Program-made: the position numbers and the translations under genes | The notes under the pieces: model-generated | What the model was told of the DNA's origin: nothing | Database searches by the model: none | The model's input: the letters and a program-made list of their open reading frames with translations, nothing else | Source: Albugo candida | Taxonomy: Eukaryota | DNA length: 64,000 nucleotides | Direction of reading: 5' to 3' | Assembly: GCA_040437565.1 (NCBI GenBank) | Contig: JBDOQK010000010.1 | Location: 310,001 to 374,000 of the forward strand | Shown here: one piece after another, positions 50,809-62,703 of the stretch | Layout of the letters: each line of letters opens with the position of its first letter | How positions within the stretch are numbered: the stretch's first letter is position 1

Positions 50809-52839
50809 ATGTTCCTCTATCCGTTATTGATAGCAGTAGTAGGACCATTCAACAGTGTTTATGTATGCGGCGATATAAGCTTACGAGAATTGAGATTTAG
50901 TGTTGAGATACCAAGCTCAATTTACCCGAGCGTCAAATTTCAAGAATGCGTTCTGGATAGATTGGGGGCTAGTCGGATGGATGCAGTATTTGTTCATCGC
51001 AATGAATACTCGGTCTACGTGGAGTACACGATTGCTGGGTCGGATTTTGTTATCGAAAACTTCAAAATCGCATGCATCATAAATAATGAACGTGAGATCT
51101 CACAATACAAAATCATCTCACCTCGGCTAGATCATCCAATTCAATCAGACCAAGGCTTGGGCGGACTTGTATCGAATGACGACAACCCAAAGTGCATCAT
51201 CATGCAATCAAATGTCGCCGCAGTGTGCATGGCTTGTTTACAAGAAAGTATGGAAGCACGTTCATTGTTCCGTTTTCACGTGTTGAATCCCAGAGGAGGC
51301 GATGCCATTCTGTTAGTACTTTTTGGTTCAACGTTGAAAGAAGTTCCTAAAAAATATTGCATAAAATTATGTCCGCTCATTGAAGAAATGCAAATAAGCA
51401 CTTTACGTATCTGCATGGAAGTAGCGAGACATCTGCCATTCAGAAAGGATGACACATCATTATCTTTATCGAATTGGGAGAGAACTAGTGCGATTAGAGT
51501 TTTTGCAGTCGGCGAATCATCTCAAGCAGATCTGCATCCGTCTGAACATGATCAGCGAATTATGTATCCTCCATTACAAGGCCTAAAGTTGAGCAAAAGC
51601 CTTTTAGGCCATAAATTTATACATTGTCGCTTGTGCCTCGTCATAGAGTTTCGGCATGCGCTTCTCCCTTCCGATGGACGAGAAAATTGCATTTACTTGA
51701 TGAATCCAGTTTCGAAGCAACAAATTGAAATGATGCCTTGCTTTGTAGCGTGTGGTGAAGTTGAAGTCATGGATCGAGATGCACCAGAATGTCAATTAAA
51801 AGTGGATGATCACCGTCTACCTTTTTCAGCTGATGAAGAATTTTTGGCTCAAGTGCCCAGCAGACCACGCAACGATAAATTCGCAGCCACTCACAAACTC
51901 TCGATGAGCAGTGGCTGCATCTGGGTGCAGAGCGAAGACAAGAACATCAAGGACAACGACAAGTGTGTGAAGTGTATACGGGGAATCCGCTCGGTGGATG
52001 TGATGAAGCTCTCTGATGCTACTGCACTTGCTTCAATTCGTCCATTACAAACAAGGCATGATAGGAGGAAAATGCAACTAGCTTTGTGCGTGTCTGTCTC
52101 TAAATGCTTACAGCTGTTGTTCTTTCCAAATGCTATGTGCTTTTATCAAATGAATATTCAAAGATTCAAGGATGCGGCAGACCATCTTCCCACCGATTAC
52201 CACTTAGCAACAAGTGCAGGCCACATTCAGTTGATGAAGGATTATCGAAATGATCAGGCATCGACGTCAAGCGTTACTCGCACATCAGTCACGGATACGT
52301 GGGATCATCCAACATCATCCGCTCACCAAAATCACTCGCAATATATCGACGATCTTCGTCATCATTTGACTTCTCGACATAGTTTCGGTGAGCAACCGGC
52401 CGATGTTGAAGGGTTGGGTGAGACATGGCAAACTCTTGATCTTTTCCCGCTTGATCCAGGATTTATACACACGGAAAAGCTGCATCAAACGAGCTCGGAG
52501 GCTAAATTGAAGAAACCCAGATTTCAGGAAGATCTTACAGTCAGTCGTGACTCAGGCACTTTTAAAGAAGCAGACGGATCACACATCACAAATGTACGGA
52601 TAGTTGTATGTGCCAAATATTCCGTGGGATGTCTCAAGTGTCTTGCGCTACACGGAGAAATGCTGCTTTTTTCAAGTGTGTATTTTTACGCTTGGCTTAT
52701 TAGTGGCACAGGTGAAAAGGACCATAAGCTTTTTGTAGGATGTGGAGTCGTTCGAGCAGGATCTCCGATGAATTTAGATATCTATCCACGGCGGCCAATT
52801 TCTTTTGCAAGTATTGCAAGCATTCTCTCGACAACGTAA
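50809..52839 (+). CDS. Secreted Cys-rich CCG-like candidate effector G1 (676 aa, intronless)
   Basis: Long open frame. ATG 50809 follows Inr-like TCATTTT. Hydrophobic leader MFLYPLLIAVVGPFNSVYVCG, then FQECVLDRLG at aa 44-53 and internal CMAC, CRLC, CVKC and CLKC. Full-length paralog at 60649. Confidence 0.85.
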   Translation: MFLYPLLIAVVGPFNSVYVCGDISLRELRFSVEIPSSIYPSVKFQECVLDRLGASRMDAVFVHRNEYSVYVEYTIAGSDFVIENFKIACIINNEREISQYKIISPRLDHPIQSDQGLGGLVSNDDNPKCIIMQSNVAAVCMACLQESMEARSLFRFHVLNPRGGDAILLVLFGSTLKEVPKKYCIKLCPLIEEMQISTLRICMEVARHLPFRKDDTSLSLSNWERTSAIRVFAVGESSQADLHPSEHDQRIMYPPLQGLKLSKSLLGHKFIHCRLCLVIEFRHALLPSDGRENCIYLMNPVSKQQIEMMPCFVACGEVEVMDRDAPECQLKVDDHRLPFSADEEFLAQVPSRPRNDKFAATHKLSMSSGCIWVQSEDKNIKDNDKCVKCIRGIRSVDVMKLSDATALASIRPLQTRHDRRKMQLALCVSVSKCLQLLFFPNAMCFYQMNIQRFKDAADHLPTDYHLATSAGHIQLMKDYRNDQASTSSVTRTSVTDTWDHPTSSAHQNHSQYIDDLRHHLTSRHSFGEQPADVEGLGETWQTLDLFPLDPGFIHTEKLHQTSSEAKLKKPRFQEDLTVSRDSGTFKEADGSHITNVRIVVCAKYSVGCLKCLALHGEMLLFSSVYFYAWLISGTGEKDHKLFVGCGVVRAGSPMNLDIYPRRPISFASIASILSTT

Positions 52840-53685
52840 AATATGACAGAAACGACGCGTATCAGCAGCATCATAGACCGAAAACAGGGGAGACCGGTCA
52901 ATGAGCGAAGAATCATAAAAGCAAAAGGTCAGTTCGGAATTAACGGCCCTGCATTTTTGATCGACTTCTTCGAAAAGGATCTATTAGTGGGGTAATCGTT
53001 AGAAAAAGAGTAATATAAATATATTTTGTGCATCTCAACAAAGCCATTATCTGAGGATAGCTTGAAACCGCATTAGTCTACTTCAGCGCGCGTAGCTATC
53101 CACTAAAGTACTTTCTATCACATAATCAGATACAGAACACGGAAACAACAACTTAGCTGAGTGTTTACTGCTCTATCGCGGATTCAGACATGGGTGACTA
53201 GCAAACACGAATTTGCTTGCTTGCAATTCATCAAAATACTTCTGCAATTGCTTCACCAGGCTCAGATTCAGAATAATACTTTGCTTTTAGTAGAATTTAT
53301 CTGAGTCTTGTTCCGAATATCTTTGCAGAGCTGAGCTCAGTCAAAATTTTACCTAATTAGTTACCTGTGCATCCTCAATATCATCACTTGGTATCGAAGT
53401 GCCGGGAGATATTCTCGCTTGCTACTGAATCTTCAACTTTCATGCTGACCGAATATTAAGAATGCGCACGTACTGAGTTATGCGGTCAATCTTGTTGTAC
53501 TATATCTTGGCACTGCACGCACCTAACTAGCCAGCTAGTATTCTGTGATCACACGGGCATTCATAGAAGAATTGGACGTCAATGCGATAAATCCACACGC
53601 GATGTTCATCATATTGTACGACCTCTATTCCGTCACTATACCCACGACGATTCTTATTTTCGGTAAAGCTGGCTTGTTGAATTTA

Positions 53686-54754
53686 GGCCACTGCTATATG
53701 TACACACCCCGATTAATAGCCAATCAAAAGCCTGAAAAGCTTTTGCGTCGCGGAACTGCTTGGACGTATAAATAATTGTTTCACCTCTCTATGTAGCGAG
53801 ATCGAGACCATGAAACAATAAAAAAATAAAAAGAATTTTGAAAAAAAGTAGCTTCGGCGAAGTCATACTATTTCTCTTCCGATTCTTTCTGCACAAATAG
53901 CTTTTTTTGCTGAATCTGAAGCGGTTGATGTCGCAAAAAAAAGAGCTTTTGTCATATTTTAGAAGCGATCAATTGCTTCCTGCTGAAAAAGCAATGGTGT
54001 AGCATCCATATACAGAGTCTTGAGCACACATAAATTTAATGAAAATGCACTAGTTATTACAGAGAATACGTCAGTGGCTTCATATACAAAAAAGCTATCT
54101 CACAGCAAGCCAAGTCGTCTAGTGCAGTAGCGAACATCATCCATTCATTTAAGCTGCAATATTATGAATACAAAATGGACGCATGAAACGTAGCTTGAAT
54201 CTTTTGCCACAAGATGTTTCTTCCAGTGTCAAAAGAATGAAATCGACATATATAGCACAGGGGCATGTACCAAATCCAGCAACTAGGAGAAATGTGCCAC
54301 GTCAAATTATGTTTCAATCAGAAAGCCTTCATCCCAGCCGTGAAAGAACATTTGTCTCAAACTCCTCAAAGCAAACATACTGATCAAGCACTTCAGATTG
54401 TGGCTGTATAAGAACATGATCTTGGTAAGATGCCAGCTGATATGAGACGAGTGCAAGCATAGTGAATGATGATTTGAGGAAAAGGCCTTCACAATAGATC
54501 AAGATGTTTAGCAATGCTGGATGGCTTAAAAGTGTCAAGAGTATGTGAGGAGACACAAGACGGTCTATAGAGGGGTTTCTCCTATCCTGCATTGAAGATT
54601 GCTCGAGTTATTATACACTCGAATGACAATGATTAGAAAGAGTAGGAGGTGTCGTATTCTTAAAGTGACAAGTGTCTTGTATCAGTTACGGTCGAGGAAG
54701 TTTTCCAGGCTTTTGATTGGCTATTAATCACGGGGTGTTCATATAGCAGTGGCC
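53686..54754. mobile_element. Non-autonomous TIR element, PIF/Harbinger-like
   Basis: About 55-bp TIRs GGCCACTGCTATATG..CACCCC..GATTAATAGCCAATCAAAAGCCTG. Flanks are TTA/TAA (or TA/TA). Absent from the paralogous site near 63490. Weak C-I-H-N remnant on the minus strand. Superfamily assignment is tentative. Confidence 0.8.
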
Positions 54755-55550
54755 TAAATTTGAAAGTAAACTCGCAAAATGTGTGAGACCCATCTAAAGT
54801 GCCTATCTGCATTGCACAAGCTGAGCTGCTGCAGCTTCTTCATGTCTAACATATGGCTCGAAATCATTAAGACAATTACACAAACTTAGCAATAAGGTAG
54901 ATGCGTCAATATATTATACGAGAGGAAATCGGGATCGGCTTCCAGGAGCCAGTCGGAAAAGCAATTCCACAAAAGAATCTTGATATTGTAAAGACATGTA
55001 GGATACCGTTTTCGTCCTCCAAACCTCTTTTTACATTTCGGAATAGAGCTTTACTGAGTTGACAAGTAGGAGCAAAAATACTTCCAAATTGTTGAAGGTC
55101 AATTCCTTTAAAATCCCGGCTAATTTTTCGGCACATAAACATTGCAGATATACACCGTTGTATCCAAAATGACGTCATGCCAAATCGCGATATCGAAGTG
55201 TACTCTGAGTATGGAGCCATTTAAAAGCGAACTTTGGACCAGGTAGATCGCCACACTACTATCGTAGTTCCAAGTTGGTGCGGAGGAGTAAGACATGCTT
55301 CATACTCGAACATTAGACGTCGAATTTGTAAGTAATAGAAGTTAGGAACGAGTCTAGTTAATTCTATCGCGAGGTCGGTTTCTGTGACGCAAGGAAAGTC
55401 TTGGCCGTGTTCGACACTAGGATTATCTTGGCTATGATTTTTATTCAAATCTACCGTAGGTGGTTGGATATCCTCCAATGCTTGAATCGTCGATAGCACC
55501 TACCATTCTTGTCCTCAAGAAATAGGGTAGCAACCATCTATTTGGAGTAC

Positions 55551-58500
55551 AAAAATGAGGCTTGATCGTTTCTAAAGTGTTGAGGACCAAGTGAATCATG
55601 TCAGGATTAAGTACATTCAAAAATGTAGCACAGAATTTTTGTCAATGACCACAATAGTGCTTTTCTCCATCCAACTCAACACCGCAGTGGTGGCGTCATC
55701 ACAATCCTTCGTTCGGAATTTTCTGGTTTCTCAACAGCTGACGAACTCACCGAACGAAGCATTTGAAATTCCTATTTGGTTATGCGACTTCTCATTCACG
55801 ATGCGCCGGTGTATATTCACAATGTATATGCACCGGTCTAGGCCGAGAAAAGAGTGCTTTTCTATGAGTTATTAATCTCCAATACTTTCAAATCAACCGC
55901 AACACACTTAATATTTGGGGATTGCAACAAACCATTCGATCCAGCTATCGATGCTTCGAGTGGAACAATTCGACACGAACGAAGGCGATTAGCGTGTTTG
56001 GAATGGCTATCACAGTTGAGTGTGGTAGTTGCTTGGCGAATCCAACATCCGNNNNNNNNNNNNNNNNNNNNNNNNNNNNNNNNNNNNNNNNNNNNNNNNN
56101 NNNNNNNNNNNNNNNNNNNNNNNNNNNNNNNNNNNNNNNNNNNNNNNNNNNAGTCTCCAACAATTTAGAATTTCAGTCGAAAACAATGCGAAATACAACC
56201 AAGATGAAAGCTTCGACCATCACGTGAAGCATATGGAGAACTCTTCCAAGCATTTTTTTCGCCCTCTGGATAGTTCTTGGTGTCGCGTGCCGATCAAAAA
56301 TGTTACCAAAAAATGTGGTACCGTGACATCGAACCCGAGGGAGATTTTATTGCGAATTTAGAGATCATTGGGGTGGTGTCATGGGCTCTCTTTATATCTC
56401 AGAGACCGACGCAAATGTTCTAAGTGAAAGAAAGCTAAAAAAGTTACTCGATTTGATTCAAGTTTCCCTTGCCTCAGCAGAGCAAGAAGGTCTCTCAACT
56501 CGATTTAGTGCGACCGAGATGACGGAAGCGATGAAGCACACGCCCTGCGGAGTAGTTCTTCTCCAGTTATGGATGGACTACCAACTTCACTTGATCCGGA
56601 AACGTTTGGAGGTGTCTAAAGATCGTGTTCGAAGATTAGCTTGAAAAGGTATCTTACTCCGATCTCAACGTGACTCGGCAATCACATTGCTGTACAAAAG
56701 AAATCACGAGGTGATCCTGGCAACTATCGACCGATCGCACTGCTTTGCGTCGATGTGAAAGTACTTTAAAAGTGTTTGCGTATCGATGCAAACGTTTTTT
56801 GCCAAAATTGATTCATTAAGATCAAAAAGCATTTGTGCACGGAAGGTCGATGCATCACCATATTCGACATCTCACCGACATCCAAGACTTGGTCACTCAC
56901 TCATCGTGGGGAGGAAGCTTATGCGACTTTTTTCGACTTTGAGAAAGCTTATGATCGAGTCAATTGGACGTACATGTGTCGTGTTTTGGAAAAAATGGGT
57001 GTTGGAAAGGTTTCATCGACTGGGTTAGTCTTTGAATAATAACACAAAGGCGCAGTTGATGATTACTGGAAATATCACACCGTCTATTACACCACAACGT
57101 GGAGTCGAACAAGGTGATCCTCTGCGAAATTTACTTCGTCAACATCAAGAACATAGCATTTGAATTAACGGCACGACTGTCGCAACTGGATTATTTTTTG
57201 CGGACGACATTGCTTCCAAAAACACCAAAGGGTGTTTTGACGCAACTCAAACTCGTCCAAGTATATTGCGATAGTTCGGGTGCAAACCGCAACTTGAGAA
57301 AATCGTCTTTGCTCTCGTTGAATCGGACCATGCTGTGTCCACGTATTTCCAATTTGACCATACTGGGTACGGAGGATTCGGTCAAGTATTTGGTTATTCC
57401 GTTCGTCCAGGCACCGACTCATTCGATGATTATGTCAACTCTCGACAAGCGTTTTTTTATGATGGGTTTGGTGTCTGGTTTCGACGAGCACGAACTATCC
57501 TTGGTGGACTACTATTTGCGCAGACGATGATTTTATCACGTAGGTGGCATTATACAATGCACGAAGACATAGCATGAGAGACTATTCGACAGTAACAGTC
57601 AATGTTAAATAGATTTGTGCTTGGTCAGAAACACAAAAATGATTCAAAACATGTTCACCTACTCAGCAAAGAGTTCTATATATTCGACGACAGGATAGTG
57701 GACTACAAGTTCCTTTTTTGGTGGGACGACTAAAGCTACAACGTATTCAATTCCTTCAGCAGTTCGCATCCGATGCGTCGACAAATATTCCTGCGAATTG
57801 GACAACTGCTTCGACGGAATTATTACAACTTATTCAACGTCCCTTTGGACCACACAAGCCGATCGATATATTCACCATCGCACCACATCGACATGGCAAA
57901 ATGGTTCAATGGGAGAGCACATCATCGGGTGGTGGAAACAAGCAGTAAAAAGGTGGCATTAGATGGATTGGAGCATTACAATTTCAGATTTGACAGTTCT
58001 CCAACGCCGTCAGTACTACATGGAGTCAACCGATGTGGTTTCACTGCGACCAAAAATTACAATATGAATCTGCTACTCGTAACCCGAGTACGCAGAACGT
58101 TTGGTACAATCTTGACATGGTGGAAGAACCACATCGAACATTTCGAAAAACGTTTGCTACACTTTTCGACGTGCGAAGTTTGCAAGACTTTTTTCGAAAA
58201 AGCGGCACATGTCCAACGAAGGAGGATTTCGTCGCCAACTATTACAACGACGAAGAGCTGAACACATCGGATATGGCTGAAGAAAAGTTGCTGAGTCGAC
58301 GTTACAATGAAGTCACGCAGATACTACAGCGTATCCACTCGACGGTTGGTCTTATCACTTGGATCCAATCAAACACACGTGGCAGATAGTTCTATATGGA
58401 ATTACAATGCACGGAAAGGACACATTATTTCCCATCCATTCCACGCCGTCAACTCTCGGGGCTCATGATAGGATAAGGAAGGTAGTTAAAAGAACCAGAT

Positions 58501-58634
58501 AAACAGTGTAATAACATCCTTGACAAAGTAGTAAAAAGCTGGGTGGAAATAGCAATTCCCTATATTGATTACTTAGGATAGCCTAGGTAATCAGAGGAGT
58601 CAGTTAGTCTATTCTGGTAATATATACCTTCAAC
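55551..58634 (+). mobile_element. L1/Tx1-like non-LTR retrotransposon, copy 4, longest and most decayed
   Basis: APE motifs (VYIHNVYAP, LIFGDCN) and RT motifs (GNYRPIALL, DFEKAYDRVNW, GVEQGDPL, FADD). Homologous to copies 1-3 with the same terminal ~65 nt ending CCTTCAAC. Possible decayed TSD TGGAGTAC (55543)/TGGTGTAC (58635). Confidence 0.88.
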
Positions 58635-60648
58635 TGGTGTACGGAGCATGTGATAACTGCGTTTTAGTACACGAATTTCACCCTTATAGTAGTAGCTAGG
58701 GTCGCAGTTTATAAACTCTGCCACACCACGCACAAAACTACCCAGTGATACCACTGGCCTTGAAATGAAAAGCTCTCAGCGTTACTGGGGTTTCACTCTG
58801 ACCGTCCCTAAACAAGTGCGAGTGCGTAACGAGAAAGTGACACAGGTAGAGGTATTATCACTACCTTTACCCTCTGCAGATATGTGATGGACATAGTTAC
58901 CGAGTGCTTACTTACGGTGATGATTTCTGCACTATTGTCGTCACAGGACGAAGGGTGCTTACAGCAAGCTGACATGTAATCGAAACATACAGAGGACAAG
59001 TCGCTTTATGTGCAGTAATGATTTGAGCAGCAAGTTGTTTCGAAGAAAAAAGCTGCATTATTTCTGGATTGATCGAGCATGCAGCGGCCGTCGAATTCAG
59101 ACGGTCTAACACACTTATTTCGATGTCGTTCTAATTGCATTACAGGCACACCAGGTAGAATGTGAGTTCTTTACAAATACTGTTCTGCGCGTATACTTCC
59201 CGATTTTGCTACAATGTAACTTATGATCATGCGCGTGAATGTCATCATGAGTTATTTCTCAGAGAAGAATGGCTGACACTCGTGACATATGGACACCATC
59301 GTGCTATTTTGGGTTATAATAATGCTCGCGTCACATCCACCGATTGTCGTATCATGTAGTAGTCAAGCTATTACATGACAACAGCCGCATAAAACAGACC
59401 TCCATCCATTTCATAGAAATTATAACAAGACCCGGAAAGCTCTCCTCTCTCGTATAGCCTCAGTTCTCTAGTTCGCGGTATTTAAAGATAGCAACCACAT
59501 AAATCGTATTTCAATGCGTAAGGATCTTGAGCAATCACCTCAACATCAGTCTTATGCGTGTAGATCTTTCGACGACACTAAATGTATACTTCAAGCTTTT
59601 ATCTCATCAGTGGTGCAATGACTACAAGCCAGTAGTAGGACACAACGGTGATTGAGGAGTCTTTTATATTGCAATTAAATCATCTCGCCACACTAAGACT
59701 GAGCAATACATATAGCGGTATTGTTCTACTTCTATTCATACATTTGGTGCAGTTGTCATTAATGTTGCTCACTGGACGCGCTCCCATACATTCATGCATT
59801 ATAAATCTTCATGCCGACGATAACTTTGTCGCACTGACGGGAAGACTACTTGATATGCTAACGGTATGTTCAAAAAGACCTTTCATGTTTTTATTGTTTA
59901 AATGTGTTGATGGTGGGAAGTGCTTAGCAATTGTCCAAATGAATTGCGAATTGAAAGCAAGCAGGAAGGTAAAGTCTTGGCAGCATGAATTCTACCTTAG
60001 ATCATTCTATGCACTTTATACAGGATACAGTAACTTCAAATTGGTGTTCATCAGGGGTGTTTTCCAGCTCATGCAAGGAGTCATGCTGGAGATTGCTCGG
60101 CGGCCGAGATCATAAAAGTATCATGATTCAAAACCTGATGCGAGTGGACGATCGCCAAGATCGCTATCCTGGTTATTATAACATAGACACAACGATCTTG
60201 CCCAATTTTATTAGTTGATGGGTTTGATCCCGTTTTCGGTTCTTTACACTAAAAAGCTGCTATAAATGTCGCATGATTATGAGTGTCCGTATCGTGCTAC
60301 CCTAAGTCACTATGTTTTTAGGTATTCTAATTCCCTTCTATAAAAGCAGTTTCGAACGGTCGTATTTTGTGTTGTATTGACTGATGCTTGTACTATGTAG
60401 GGATCACACACTCTTACTGGATATACTTTTGTTTCCACGATTATGAAATGACACGTTTTCATCATCGGCTCTTGCCTTTGCGAGAATCTTGCTGCAGCTT
60501 CGCAGTAAGTGTACTGCTATTATTTCTATTTTAGTTCCAGTAAGCTGTTCGGCTGTTGTGAAAACGTTGTCGCTGGATTTATCGATTTATCTTCTTCAAA
60601 TTTGACTGTGTCTGGCGACAAACAACGCATCATTTTGGTTTTTTCCCG

Positions 60649-62703
60649 ATGTTGCTCTATCCGTTACTGATAGCAGTAGTAGGACCATTCAACAGTGTTT
60701 ATGTATGCGGCGATATAAGCTTACGAGAATTGAGATTTAGTGTTGAAATACCAAGCTCAATTTACCCCAGTGTCCAATTTCAGCAATGCGTTCTGGATAG
60801 ATTGGGGGCTAGTCGGATGGATGTAGTATATGTACAATCCGATGAAAATTCGGTCTACGTGGAGTACAAGATTGCTGGGTCGGATTTTGTTGTCGGAAAC
60901 CTCGAAACCGCATGCCTCGTAAATAATGAACGTGTGATCTTACATTACAAAATTATTCCACCTCGGCGAGTTCAGCCAATTCAATCAGAACAAGGTTTGA
61001 GCGAATATGAATTGAATGACGCCAAACCGATGTGTATCACTACGTCATCAAATGTCGCTGCGGTGTGCATGGCTTGTTTACAAGAAAGTATGGAGGCACG
61101 TTCATTGTTTCGTTTTCACCTTTTGGATCCTAGAAGAGCGGATTCCATCCTGATAATATTCTTTGGTACAAAATTTACAGAAGTTCCCAAAGAATTCTGC
61201 ATAAAATTGTGTCCGTCCTTACAAGTAATTCAAACAAACCCCCTAATTATCTGCACGCAAGTAGCGAGAAATCTACCATTCAGAAAGGATGACACATCAA
61301 CATCTTTGTCGAATTCGGATAGAAATAGTGCGACTAGAGCTTTTGCAGTGGGCGGATCATCTCGAACAGATCTACCTCCATTCCAACACGGTCAACATAT
61401 TATATATCATTCGATAAAAGGCCTGAAGTTGAGCAAAAGCCTTGTAGGCCATCAAATTTTAAAGTGTCGCTTATGCCTGGTCATGGCATTTCAACACGCA
61501 CTTCTGCCTTCTGATGGAAAAGAATATTGCATTTACTTGATACATCCAGTTTCGAAGCAACGAGTTGAAATGAGGCCTTGTCTTGGAGTGTGTGGTGATG
61601 TTGCAGTCATGGATCGAGATTCATCAGAATGTCAATTGGAAGTGAAAAATCACCGTCTACCTTTCCCAGCCGCCGAACAATTTTTGGCTCAAATGCCTAG
61701 CAGAAGACGCCAGAATACAGTCGCAGCCACTCCCAAACTGTCGATGAGCAGTGGCTGCATCTGGGTGCAGAGTGAAGTCAAGGAAAAGAACGACAATTAC
61801 AACGACAGGTGCATGGAGTGTATACGGGTAATCACCTCGTTGACTATGTTCCAGCTCTCCGATGCTACTGCGATTGCTGCTATTCATCCATTGCAAAGAA
61901 GGGATGATGGGAGGAAACTGCAGCTAGCTATGTGTGTCTCTGACTCTAAATGCTTACAGCTGTTGTTTTTTCCGAATGCAATGTGCTTTTATGAAATGAA
62001 TCTCCGTATTCTAGCGAATGTAACAAAGTATCGTTCTCCCTACTCCCACTTAGCAATAAGTGCCGACCACATTCAGTTGATGGAAGATTATCGAAATGAA
62101 CAGGCATCGACGTCAAACGTTACTCGCACACCAGTCACAAATACGTGGGATCTTACAACATCATCCGCTCATCTAAATCATTCGCAACATATCGGCAATC
62201 TTCGTCATCATTCGACTTCTCGACGTAGTTATGTTGCGCAATCGGCTAATGTTGCACCGTTCGGTGACACAGGGGAAACTCTCAATCTTTTCCCGCTTTC
62301 ACCAGGTTTTGAACACACGGAAAAGCTGCATCAATCGATTTCAGAGGCCAGAATGAAAAATGCCAGTTTCCAGAAAGATCATTGGCTTGCAGCTAGTAGT
62401 GATTCAAGCGCTTTTGCAAACGTAGAAGGATCACACATCACAAATGTATTAGTAGTCACATGGAACAAATATTCCGTGGGATGTATCCGATGCCTCGCAC
62501 AACACGCAGAAGTACTTCTTTTCTCACTAATACGATCTTATGCATGGCTTATCAGTGGCACGCATTCTGCGATCGCTTGGGGATGTACAGAATGTCAAGG
62601 TGTTCAATTAGGATCTCCTGTGGAACTGGACATCTATCCGCGGCGTCCAATCTCTTTCGCAAGTATCACAAGCATTCTCTCGACAAAAGAAAATATGGGA
62701 TGA
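60649..62703 (+). CDS. Secreted Cys-rich CCG-like candidate effector G2 (684 aa, intronless)
   Basis: Long open frame, collinear paralog of G1. Same leader and Inr-like context. FQQCVLDRLG, then CMAC, CRLC, CMEC, CIRC and CTEC. Confidence 0.88.
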   Translation: MLLYPLLIAVVGPFNSVYVCGDISLRELRFSVEIPSSIYPSVQFQQCVLDRLGASRMDVVYVQSDENSVYVEYKIAGSDFVVGNLETACLVNNERVILHYKIIPPRRVQPIQSEQGLSEYELNDAKPMCITTSSNVAAVCMACLQESMEARSLFRFHLLDPRRADSILIIFFGTKFTEVPKEFCIKLCPSLQVIQTNPLIICTQVARNLPFRKDDTSTSLSNSDRNSATRAFAVGGSSRTDLPPFQHGQHIIYHSIKGLKLSKSLVGHQILKCRLCLVMAFQHALLPSDGKEYCIYLIHPVSKQRVEMRPCLGVCGDVAVMDRDSSECQLEVKNHRLPFPAAEQFLAQMPSRRRQNTVAATPKLSMSSGCIWVQSEVKEKNDNYNDRCMECIRVITSLTMFQLSDATAIAAIHPLQRRDDGRKLQLAMCVSDSKCLQLLFFPNAMCFYEMNLRILANVTKYRSPYSHLAISADHIQLMEDYRNEQASTSNVTRTPVTNTWDLTTSSAHLNHSQHIGNLRHHSTSRRSYVAQSANVAPFGDTGETLNLFPLSPGFEHTEKLHQSISEARMKNASFQKDHWLAASSDSSAFANVEGSHITNVLVVTWNKYSVGCIRCLAQHAEVLLFSLIRSYAWLISGTHSAIAWGCTECQGVQLGSPVELDIYPRRPISFASITSILSTKENMG

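Larger units (their letters stand above)
53100..59552 (-). pseudogene. Degraded effector-like gene P2, split by LINE copy 4 and a Harbinger-like element
   Basis: Leader-like MLR*LLKILTH*NTIYVVA near 59552. Broken Cys-rich frames 58808-59112, 55221-55499 and 54906-55220. Segments 53200-53685 and 54755-55150 are collinear with 63020-63870. Confidence 0.5.

Noticed and set aside
50809-51050. RXLR-dEER effector motif in G1/G2 (RELR at aa 26-29)
   Set aside because: RELR formally fits RxLR but has no acidic dEER tract and sits in an RFSV/RFSI strand shared with the CxxC-bearing pseudogene, so a CCG-like reading fits better. Not fully excluded.
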